Source: Gordius albopunctatus (Eukaryota). Taken from it: a stretch of 64,000 nt of DNA. Made by a program: the position numbers and the translations under genes. Below the pieces are notes generated by a model. That model saw only the letters and a program-made list of their open reading frames with translations, searched no databases and had not been told where the DNA came from. Positions 52,990 to 64,000 of the stretch are shown here, in pieces; the first letter of the stretch is position 1, and the number at the start of each line of letters is the position of its first letter. The DNA lies in the NCBI GenBank assembly GCA_964276515.1, contig OZ193909.1, forward strand, positions 11,408,001 to 11,472,000, read 5' to 3'.

Positions 52990-54090
52990 CATGAGGGCAC
53001 GTTCTGTGAAGGGGGTTGAAGGGGGGATGGGGGGCAAGGGAAGGTAAAGAGGGGGGAACAAAGAGAGAAACAAAGAGGGGGGGGGTCGCAAGAGGGGGTA
53101 GTAAAGAGGTGGGTAATGGGGCAATGATCAAAACTTTAACAGGGGTCAACATTTTTGGCCTAAAAGTTAGCCATCCGCGCGAACAAAAAATCACAAAAAA
53201 TGTCTCAAAAACTAAGAATCAAGCGAGACCTAGAAAGAGGAACACATGGTTGGTATTTGGCCGGGGAACGGTCATCATTTTTTTAAGGCAAAAGCTTTTT
53301 TGAAATAAATGTATAATCGAAGCTGAGGTACATGGCCATGAGATACGCGCCCAAGAACTAAATGGATTTCGGCCTCAGACCGGGATCACACAAATTAAGT
53401 TTAAAAAAGCGGTTTATCTGCGGCAAATATTAAGGCAAATTGCACTTTGGCCTCGGCCGGGGTCAGAAAAATTAAAAGTAAATCGAGCATCAAAAAGTAA
53501 TTTTAACGAAAATAGACAGCAAAAATAAATATCAATTAGCAAGGATTTTGGCCTCAAGGCAGGATCAGACAAATTAGAAGCAACCGGTCATCATTAATTT
53601 GCATGAAAATATTCACATTTTGAAATTATCCGTTATATAGCAACAACCTAGATAAGTTGCCAAAATAAATTTATATACAAAGCTAATAAGTCGGGCACAA
53701 AAGCAAAAATGGCATATGGGCTCAGGTCTTCTTCTTCTTCTTTATCGTGTTGAAAATCCCACAGACGTGGGGTACGTTTTCAGCAGCCTCTTCCATCTGA
53801 GTCGTGTGAATGCCATGCCGATTTCCATCTTTTTGACGTCCATATCCTTTTCGACCAGTCGTTTCCAGGTGGCACATGGGCTCAGGTGAGGTCGAAAAAA
53901 TAAAGGATAACCAGCAGTCATAAGCTAGTCTTATGTGAAAGCAGAATAAAAGTCTTTTCTAGAAGCTGAAGTCCACACCCATTTAAAACTCTTGTAAATT
54001 TCCATGGCAACTTTTAAAAAATTACAAGTTGGGCAGTACATAACAGGAGGACTGACAACCAAAAGCGAGCCCTATGCATAGCAATAATAC
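52990..54090 (-). mobile_element. Diverged Helentron/HINE-like element
   Basis: The end GACAACCAAAAGCGAGCCCTATGCATAGCAATAAT matches the ends at 4772 and 40704; G-rich tract and decayed TTTGGCCTC repeats. The left boundary is uncertain. Confidence 0.5.
53728..53869 (-). mobile_element. 5'-truncated RTE-clade LINE 3' end
   Basis: Minus frame TWKRLVEKDMD...AFTRLRWKRLL; (GAA)n tail; 18-bp TSD TGGCA(T/C)ATGGGCTCAGGT at 53710-53727 and 53870-53887. Confidence 0.85.
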
Positions 54091-54833
54091 TTGTTAACCA
54101 ATATAGTAAAAACCTTGAGGGGAGTCCGAATATATGCAGTATCGCAAAATCAATATGAAAATGTAAAGTACCTTTTAAGTTAAGAATTCTCGACGGATTG
54201 CTTTGAAGTTTGGCCAGTACATTAGCTTGAAAGACACATGCCTTAGTAAACCATGTTTTTAGAGGTATTACCATGTTTTCTATGAATGTAACGCAATCTA
54301 GCAGACATTAAAAAATATTTGCACAGACTTATTTGACCTTTTTGTCACAAAATCGCATTCGAATACTTTTCATGTTTTTATAACATGTATTAAATGTATT
54401 TTTATAATTAATCAATATTTTCCAGATCAAAAATCTGCACACGTTATTAAGTACTTCAGCTTCACTCAAAAACGTAGTGTAATTCTGTGTTTTTTTACTT
54501 TAAAGTGCTGATGGTTTAAAAGGCTCCATATTTTTAAATTTGCAAAGTTATTTTGGATTATTTTTAAAATGGAAATATGTATTCCATCTAAGATAGAAGC
54601 AACCATTAGAAAATTACGTATCTAAATTTTCAAATAAAAACTTGGAATAAGATAAATTTTCCAAAGAGTCACAAAAAAATCGTTATAAACATGATATAAA
54701 TTATAGGTAAAACATAAGCACAAAAAACGCGTATGTATAAAAGACGAAAAATTTTGGGGAGAATAAAGGGTAAATAGAAAGCGCAGAGAGGGCAAAGTGC
54801 GTAAACTATCGTGGAACAGAAAAAAGTAAGAGC

Positions 54834-54882
54834 GAATGAGGGTGTGTCTTTTTTCCCTGCTTATATAGCTGTAGGTCACGTG
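54834..54882 (-). promoter_or_regulatory. Pol II core promoter right after the RNase H ORF stop: E-box, TATA, Inr
   Basis: On the minus strand: CACGTG, then TATATAAG starting at 54867, then TCATTC with its A at 54837, exactly 30 nt downstream. Confidence 0.6.
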
Positions 54883-54883
54883 T

Positions 54884-55760
54884 TTACAAGGGGGTTTCAG
54901 TTCCGTTTTCCTCGCTGCTATTTCCCAAATTTTCGTCTTCCCAGAAGCCGAGGTCAATCTGCTCGTCTAAGTTGTCCAGTTGAAGTTCCGGTAATTCGAA
55001 TCCCTGGGGAGGGATGTTGGTATCGCTGCTTGGTACCGAGTATCGCTCTGGTGGGAGCCATGTTCTAGACGGGAGGTCCGCTGGGTTGCTGCTTGAGGCA
55101 ACCCATCTGATGTTGTAGTGTAGTTTGAGTAGGTGTGATAGGTCGTACGTGGCTACAAAGTTTGCGATGATGGCTTTCACCACTGGAGAATTTTATCCTC
55201 CTTTCAGTAATACGAAGTACGCGGTGGTTGAGTCCGTAACGACTTTGGGGTAACTTGCCCCGTTGTGGATGGCGTGTAAATAGGCGTATATCGCCGCTAT
55301 CGTTTCCGTTGCTGTGATATGGCCTTCGTGTACCCATTTCAGCCTGATTGCTTGGGCTGCTTCCCTGAACGATATGGAGAAGTTTTACTCCCCCCATGAT
55401 ATTCCGATATGACTATCAGAGGCGTCCGCGTAGATCGTGGTGTCGTGCTCTCTGTGTAGCGGTATGATTTGTGTAAGGATTTCGAGGCATCCTTGTAGCT
55501 TGGCTTGTGCTGCCGGCCTGTCGTGGGTTGTTACGTTATTATTTGCCGCTATTGCGTAGAACGTGCTGAATAACCTGGGCATCCCTGTCAGGTTATAGAA
55601 GAAATAATTTAGCACCACCAGTGATTCCATTAATGTGTAGTCTGTGGGGGGTGTTTGGGTTGACAAGAACAGGTGTAGTATGTCTGCTGCATGTGATGCG
55701 GAGAAACAGAGAATGAAAAATTGGGTTGAGATCAACCCGAGAATTTTAAACACGAGAATT
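54884..55760 (-). pseudogene. RT thumb/connection + RNase H relic with a hepadnavirus/nackednavirus (HEART)-like or DIRS-like signature
   Basis: One frame with two in-frame TAA: FKILG...IYADASDSHIG...HITATETIAAIYA...VVTDSTTAYFVLLKG...IRWVASSSNPADLPSR, then an acidic tail; DEDD residues are present; a GC-rich island in AT-rich DNA. Confidence 0.75.
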
Positions 55761-57317
55761 TTGTATGATCTACATAAATTTAAATTAATAAAATTGGAAT
55801 TCCTATAATATTCGATATTTTACACACCAAAGTTTAATCATTATTAAAGATATAACCACGTAATATTTAAATTTTAGCTGTATCCCTTAAGGCTGTTAAA
55901 TAATTATTTAATATATTTATTACAAATTTATATCCTGAGTATTAAAATAATATGAACATACAAATATGAGTTCTAATAAAGTAGTATTATTACTAAAAAC
56001 ATCTTCAAGTTTTGCAACAGTTACATTATTCTGTTTTATGTGATGATATTTTTTATTTTTAAAACATAATTATATTGATTTGGCTAAAGATTTTTTCAAC
56101 CCCCTGCGATTTTTGTGCGTGCCGAACGTTTGATTTTGAGTTCAATCATGACTGCCAAGATATATAATTGAACTCATCATGGCACACCTCTGAAATTCTC
56201 AAGCTAAAAATCACATTATGGATTTATTTTTCCATTTATATTTCCTTTAAAGTATGATGGTGGGGTTGGCAGGAGCATTCTAACCTATTAAATTTCCGTA
56301 AATGTTACGATTTTGCAAAACAAAAATATATAGGGCTAAGCTTCATTGGTAAATATATATCTTGTGGCTAATTAATTTGTAAAATGATATATTTAAGGAC
56401 ATAATATTATATGGTTTTACAATGATAATAGAATGTTTACTTTTGAATTTAAAAGTATTTGTGTGAAATTATACTGATGAAATTTATTGAAATCTCAAAA
56501 TTTTATGTTATTTATTTAGTAACAATGCTACTTTTATTGATATATTACAACTTTGTAATGTGTGCAACTCATTACTTATGTTATAATTACTAGAAGTATC
56601 TACACCCACCTTTGTGGTTTCTATTACATTGTAATAATGAAAATGCAATAAAATTTTAAAAACAAATCGATAAGAGTTATATGAAATGTTTTAAACATAA
56701 ATATAAATAGAGTTGCTAAATTGCTCACATGAGCAATGCTCACTATGTGCTTTGCTCGAGCATGCACATTGAGCTGTATAATATGCTCGTTAGCACAATG
56801 AGTGCTCCCTGTTCTGTGCAATAGATAGAACAGTAGCATATAAAAATGCTCAAGAGGCGTCGGAGACATGGACTTAATTAGATAAAACTTGAAGCGAGTG
56901 TGATGTTAAAAGAAAAACACAGAAAGTAGTAGCGGGATTTTAAGTTTGACGAACGTTTATGAGGGGAAAATATTTCAATTGCATTTGTCCCCTTACCACT
57001 TGTCTGAAATCAAAGCTCGCCCCCCCCCCCCAAGGCAAAAAGACTAGCTACGCCACTGCTTGGACCTGACTAGGTAATTGCTCATCCTTTCCGACATTAG
57101 CATATTGCAAACCTCCGATTGACTCAATATGACCTGATTCTTAAAATATGTAATCATCCATCATTATATAGTTGAAATTAGTAACATTGCGGAGCCATGC
57201 GTTGAAAAATCTTTTTAAAGCGTAATTAATTTTGAGATGTTTATCGCGTGTTGACAGGTTTTGATTTTGACACCTTATCAGTACGGTCAACAGCTGATTT
57301 ATTTTTAAAAAATTTTA

Positions 57318-60300
57318 ATGAGTGAAGTCAAATTTATAAAATTGCTTAACATGGCTTTAGAAGTAAATTAATTTGAATTTGAATTATTTTTTCAAGGGAC
57401 ATACTAAAGAGTTTGAACTCATAAGCAATTTGATACAAGACAAAAACACCTCACAAGATATTCTAATCTTTTTGCTCAAGCAGATAGATGCAAAGGAATC
57501 TTTAAAAAGCAAAGCCTGTCTACTGCTGTTTAAATTTATGGTAACAACATGTGTGCTTTATCTAAATTTTTAGGATTCTTTTAATTACAAAAGAGAAAGC
57601 ATATTTAGTCTTCACAAAAATATTTTGTTAAATATTGCATTATCAAATCAAGCAATTATTGCTCCATTATTAGAGAAGATTCAATTTGTATTGACCAACT
57701 TGGGTAATGTATATAAAAATATATTGTTGTATTTGTTTTGAGAGATACTTTTTATGAACTAGGGTTTATTCATTAGACATCTTTTATATATTTTTTTTAA
57801 GTTCATCTTAATTTATCAGGTTACACAAAACTAATATATATTCTATACCTATTTTTGTAAATATATTTTAAGGGTAATTAAAATAATTTGGCTTATGTGA
57901 AATTATTAAATGAAATGGGCAGATTTAGGCTGATAATTTTTTTTATAAATTATCCATATACACTTTGTTTTCTAGATACTTTTGAAAATATTCTTCACAT
58001 CCAAGTTTTAAAAAATGATAATAGTGCGAAATTGTTTAGAGTGTATTAAGGTTTACTGCAATAAAGAAAAAGATCTTGCATAGATTTAATAAGTCTCAAC
58101 ATTATCTTTCCAGGCAGATTCTAAGAACTGTTTTATTGTATTTAGTACCATTTTAAAGACCTAACATGAATTTATAATTAAATTTGGTAGGTGACCCCAA
58201 AGTTTTGAATGATGTAAAGGATTGTGATATCTTTCCTTTATCTTTGTTGAGAGTGTGGTTTTAATTATAATAAATTTAAAAAAATTTTTGTGGTCACCTC
58301 ATTGATAATTTTACTAACCAGAATTTGATTTATAAGGGGACAAAATCTCGATTTATGATGGCCAAATAATATTTTTTTTCTAATTCTAACCATAATTTCT
58401 TTGAGTATAAAGAATTTTTGTTAAGGGGGGGGGGCAGCTGTTCCTTGGATGGTTAAAAAATTTCTAGCATTGCTATAAAATATGCTGGGTAAAGGTATAT
58501 CCCTGTAAATGTATATATCAGATCTTATTAAAAAATTTATACAAAATGTTCTAGTCAAAATTTGCAACATCTTTTTATGATCCTTTTTTATATAGTATAT
58601 AAAAGCTTAAAAAAATTCGAAACAAACAAATTAATAAATATGTGCCCTATCATAAATTATTAAAAAATAATTTAAAAAATTAAAAAAAAATTTAAAAAAT
58701 TAAAAAAAAATTATGCATAGACATTCTATGGAATTATGTATATGAGTATGGCAATGGGTCGAGGGTAGTTGTATCTTTTAAAAATATAAAATAATTATAT
58801 TAAAATATTTTTCATATAAATTAGTTGCTTAATAATGTAAAACTTTTATAAATATAGAACAAAACTTTGAAAATTTTGATAAAAAACATATTGAATCTTT
58901 TTCCATATTAGTTTATGTAGTAGACCTTACAGGCGCGTAGCCAGGATTTTCTCGAAGGAGGGGGGGGGGGTGAAGTTGGCAAAAAGAAATTGTTTACATT
59001 TTATTTGCGATTAAAAATAAAAATTAAACGACCAAAAAGTCGAGTTCGCTACTGGGCCCACTCGGCTAAGGGGTCGAGCAGAATAACTTTCTAAATTGAG
59101 ATTTTTAAGTAGGCCTGGGTGGGCACCATAATGCGATTTTTTAAATAGTATACTATTTTTTTGCCGCCTTTCTATTTACAAAAAATATAGAATTAGATCA
59201 AAAATGTTTGAAAATGGGACAAAATTAATTATTGAAATTTGAAATCGTCATTTTGGGCACGGCTGTTCGGACAGCATTAGTGAATTGGGCAATTAAAGGG
59301 TTTTGGCTGGCCTTGGTAGGCAATTTAGTCATAAAACCTTGATGGGTTCTAGCAAAAACTTTTAGATAAATATGATTAATGATAAATGTATTAATATTTT
59401 GTAGAATGAGGAACATTATAAAAATCGCTTAGCTATCTACTTCCTGGGGTAGTCTGGTGCAGAGACCAGATTGCCCGGCCCTGCAAAAGACCAAAATTTT
59501 TATTTTCGGACGGGCCCGGGCGAGCACGATGATAGGATTCGGGAAATTCGGGCTTAATGAAATTCTTTAGATGATGTATCATTTGGTTACTTTTTTATTT
59601 GATTGCATATGAAAATGGTAAAAGAGTTAAGAAACTTGATTTCGCCATCCGTCCCCAAGTTATTTCTATAATTTTTGCCCGAACCCCTCTATTTCCAACA
59701 AGTCCCTATCCCTAGCTACGTTCATGGAAAGGATTGAAATATTTATGTAGCCCTTTCAATGTTCGTAATTCACATGTGCCCTCTATACATAACATAATAC
59801 AAAAGCGACATGCCCAAATTCACACAATGCATGCAAGTGTTAAATTTCATTCTAATATCCTTCAATTTTTTTAACAAATCTTATTTGGAACAAAGCTTCC
59901 CCAATTCGCCTTTATTATTCCCTTTATCACTCATTGCTATCGCTAAGCTGTTACTTACTTTTATAATAATAAATTTATATACCTTTCTTTTTTTGCTTTA
60001 AATTAAAAAAAAATCCATAAATTACATTTAAATTCTATTGATAAATTATTGTTTTTTTATAAAAAAAAAGTAAGCTCTAAGAGCACAGACTGACTAATTT
60101 TAGTAGCCCTAGTAGGTAGTAAATACGGCTCAAGAGACTAAAACAACCACCTCTAAGGCTACTTTACATAAGTTCCATCATCCCCACCCTCAATTTCAGG
60201 CTTCATTTTTCCTAAAAAACAACAATTTTATCTATCTATTTTTGTACGTAACATATAATAAATAACGTGCCTGTACATTTTATAAAAGGCGGTGATAAAG

Positions 60301-63300
60301 ATAAACTTGAAGAGACTTGTGATCAGAGCGATTCAGGTAAGGAACAACTTTATACCTTGCTACAAGAAATCATTGATATGTTTCCCACGTAAGAGTCATT
60401 AAGTTTAGTTTTGTGCTTTAATTTTTTTATTTCAAAGCTAATCATTATTAAAATCAACAAAAACACTAAACTTTGCTTTAATAAATTTTATCTCGAAGAT
60501 AAGCATTTTAGATCAATAAGATAATTTGTTATGACAAGTTTTGGTGCAATTTTATTATGCATTGGTGATTTAAGACTACCAAAAACAAATAGTTGTAAAT
60601 ATTAAAGTCCTATATTTATAAATTTAAGCAATTCTATTTTTTCAGACTCGAACTTTTATGACATAATATATAAATTACAATTAATAGACGTCATAATTAC
60701 CTACTGTGTGCATCAATTTTATAAATATAACTTTATGGTATTTCCTAATTAGAATACCGGTATCTTTATGATTTGCATATCACTCTATTCACCACACTCA
60801 TTCTAATTTGAATATCCAATGCTATATGAACTAATGTTTAACGATTATCTTTGGCTTATTTATTAATATTAAGTAGAAATCCTCTACAACTTAACTCATT
60901 TTGAAATATGTATCCCATTTTGGTAATTTAATAAGATTATAAATTTGTCAGGTTCATAGTGTTTACTTGTGCATGTTCTACTTTTAAACCTAAACAATTA
61001 AGTGTGAAAGGGGGCTAGCAAATATATTGGTTAGATAACTTTTTACACCACAAAACTATTTAAATGCTATGAACTAATTTAGATATGTATTAAAACAATC
61101 GTAATCTCTTGATCATCATTATTTGTCTGCTAAATTTTCAAAGTTTTGACGCTGCCCGTTTTTTAATCTTCAACGTAATACGATTCAACCACAAGCGTCC
61201 CATTAAATTTTGCTTCAAATTTATGGGACGCTTGGAAGTCACTTGTCTCTATATGTTCTCTGTTTGATTTAGTTCAGCACCTTTGCTCATCGATCACATA
61301 GCACGAAATTATCCCCATTACACCAGGGATAAAGATACGCACCTAGCCTACCTAGGGTTCGTATTGCGAGTTTATACCATGCTAAAGAATACGACTTACG
61401 ACACCTACCTCATGGGTACATGCCTCTCTTACCTACTCAATATCGAAATTTCCCTGATCCCTCTCAACCAATCCACCCATCAAAACTCCAATGATTTTTT
61501 CCGCGAAGAGTTATTTAACGACCTCGGCGATTGCTATAATAATGGAGAATCTCACCAGAGATTTAATTCCAATATAAGTGGCGGTTTTGCCGATTCTCGT
61601 GTAAAAATGGATGCCATGATGATAGAATTTTTAGATTACATCAAGATCTCAACCCAAACCGATGGGTCAGGTTTGTATAAAAATTACATTAATTTTATTA
61701 AGACACTTTTCAAAATTAATTTAATGGTCTTTCTTTGAGTAGGTCCTCAGTTTGCTAGGCACCTGTTTCAAGACTTGGTAACGGCTTTCGACACTCATTT
61801 GCTCGTCAAAAGGGGGGTGCACCACACACACTTGCTGCTATTCTACCTTTGTCATTTAATGCCCGTAAGTTTTTAATTTATTAGGTGATAGGTAAAAATT
61901 ATGAAATAGGCTTTTGCCGAAAACTTTGTGGATCATTGTTGGAAAAGTTTTATAAATCCTTCGCTCCAGTCACACGTTCGACACAACGCACTCAACCATA
62001 TGACATCATATTTAGCGAGGGCTAAATACCTTCATATTAGGTACACAAATTTCATACCTCTAACTTTTAAATAGCCATACATTTACTTTATTTAAGAAGT
62101 ATCCGAACAAAAAAAAGAATAGTAAGACGGTTTATTTAGTAGCTGGGAGAAATGAGAATTTTTGTTTTTGTACAGAGATTTTTTTGTCCGGATTTTCCCC
62201 AAAACCTGTTGTTTATTGGGGATGGCTACTACCAGCTACACTATTTTACCTAATTTTGATTTTATAGGGTGTCATTTGGGCCCTGCTAACTGGATTTTAA
62301 TTGTCCCGACCCCGACGCTTTTATTTTTAATTTGTCCCTGGTCTGAGCTCGGCACGATTTTTTAAAATAACATTCTAAGCACAATTTACTTTTACAAATA
62401 TTTGTTTATATTAGGTTTTGTTTATGTAAATCATATATTAAAAATGGTTAGTTGGGTTTAATCGGTCCGGGTGCCTTAGTCGTATATCTACTTTAACAAT
62501 TATTTATTTTGGAAAACTATCTTGTATATTCAATTTACAATTTTGCCTATGTTTAGAACTTTGATGGCAAGTTTCGAAGCTATGTCCTGTTGGGCCAATA
62601 ATTTCATGAGTCAAGTGGATATGCCGACCACATTGATTACAAATGGGCGAAAAGAAGTTCCAGATTATGAAACCGCTTTAGATCACGATTTGGAGCGTTA
62701 CCTCGATTTTTATGGCGTGTGCCAGGCTATGTTTTACACCTTTTGCCTTAAACACCCCAAAATTATGTCGTATCCCGAAGGTAATAATTGTCGTTCTGTC
62801 TGGACAGGCAAAGTCAAAATTATCTTAAGATTTATTGCATCTTTTATATAATATGAAAAATTGAATTCAAAGGACAGTGTGAGTCTTCTTGTATCCCTTG
62901 ACTACTCTAATTCTTGTTTTTTTGCATCCTTTCACTTATTTCAAAGACCTCTTGACCACTCAATCAACGCCAAAAATGCAAGAGTGGTGTCAATTGTATA
63001 ACACTTAAAACTAAGCTAGGCTGGAGTTTGGAACAGATATCAGATTTGCTTGAATTTTTTTATTTTCGAACCAGACCCGATCTAAATTTGCACGCCCAAA
63101 CCCGTCCACCCGGCCTAGCCCCAATTATTAGAGCTGCCAGGGCCGAAATGATAATTTGTTGGCTATTATTTCGTTATATTCTAACATTTTTTACATTTTT
63201 TAATTAAATAAAATAGTGATAAAATTATGCGAAAACAATATTAAAAATTTCATTAAGTCCGGATTGCTAAATTTTTGTTATGGTGCCTGTCCGGATTCGC

Positions 63301-63938
63301 CCACAAATTTAAATTTACGACAGTTTTCCTGCCGCACGTGGGCCATTCGGACCGAGCCATTTTGGTCTCTTCTTTTCATATATCTCTTGGTTACATTTTA
63401 AATGTATCTCACATATTATGTCGAATTATAAAGTCTTTAACAAGAAAGTCATATTAGTACAAACGGGTATTTTATAAATATGCAGCCAAAGATATCGTTT
63501 GCAAGCTAAATTGGGAAAGACTTCTCTTCTCCCGTCTCAACCCTATGCGTTTTTCGAATCCACTCCTAAATAGCCGCTTTGCTTCCTTGTGCAGGTAAGC
63601 GTCATCCTATAATTGACATTCAGGTTTTGATTTAAAACTCACCATTTTCCTCGTACACTCATTCAGATTAAAAACTTGTACAACTTGTTATTTTATATGG
63701 GTTAGATTTTAGGGTAATATTTTTTTATTTTTAAGATTCTTGGTGACAATTTGATGCATTTGTGCTATGAATTTCGTTAATTTTATATTTTGTACACCTT
63801 CCTTAGGCAATATAACATCCTGTATTGTACGACAATAATTGAGCACAACAACCGAATGTTACTGAATAACGTCGCAACCCCGCCGAACAAAGCATGTTTG
63901 GGCACTTATTATTCATTCGGAAATATTCCGTTAACAAA
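57318..63938 (+). CDS. RRN3: RNA polymerase I initiation factor RRN3/TIF-IA, 3'-incomplete; exons about 57318-57362, 57397-57540, 57574-57703, 60289-60388, 61273-61670, 61743-61864, 61910-62040, 62557-62780, 63486-63594, 63807-63938
   Basis: IARNYPH, KMDAMMIEFLDYI, LLLFYLC, SYLARAKY, FYGVCQAMFYTFCLKH, RLNPMRF and ILYCTTIIEHN resemble RRN3 family blocks; GT-AG introns with matching phases. The 5' exons are less certain. Confidence 0.85.
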
Positions 63939-64000
63939 GTATTTTAATAAATAATGACTCAAGGCTGCCCGTGCTAATTATGAATCGATTTTAAATTTCT

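Noticed and set aside
52885..53303. Pro-rich / Gly-rich ORFs
   Set aside because: They arise from a low-complexity purine tract in a repeat element.
55065..55397. 110-aa overlapping ORF as a separate viral gene
   Set aside because: No recognisable motif; its length is compatible with chance in GC-rich sequence, so it needs conservation evidence.
54884..55760. Programmed TAA readthrough or an alternative genetic code
   Set aside because: Host genes here end normally with TAA/TGA; two stops in a truncated relic are best explained as decay.

Overview
AT-rich eukaryotic (invertebrate metazoan-like) genomic window, not prokaryotic. It has six intron-containing host genes: RPL38 (-), which the ORF track misses and which hosts a candidate H/ACA and a candidate C/D snoRNA; RhoGDI (+); a heparan sulfate 3-O-sulfotransferase (-); a trypsin-family protease nested antisense in that gene's 11.8-kb first intron; a tandem-BTB/BACK-like gene (+); and RRN3/TIF-IA (+), which runs off the window. 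Some introns are only 33-36 nt. The rest is densely nested mobile DNA: Gypsy (Mag-like), CRE, RTE and Penelope retroelements, many hAT elements and MITEs, a Helitron, Helentron/HINE-like elements with tandem arrays and tRNA-like pieces, and a 1.4-kb (TACA)n tract. The most striking items are: (1) a hepadnavirus/nackednavirus-like RT-thumb + RNase H relic followed immediately by a TATA(-30)/Inr promoter (54.8-55.8 kb); (2) an intronic H/ACA RNA whose two pockets both fit one 18S rRNA segment; (3) a Gypsy 3' end carrying an extra Arg-rich zinc-knuckle ORF; (4) micro-introns and local CpG depletion downstream of gene starts. All calls come from reading the sequence by eye; no searches were run.
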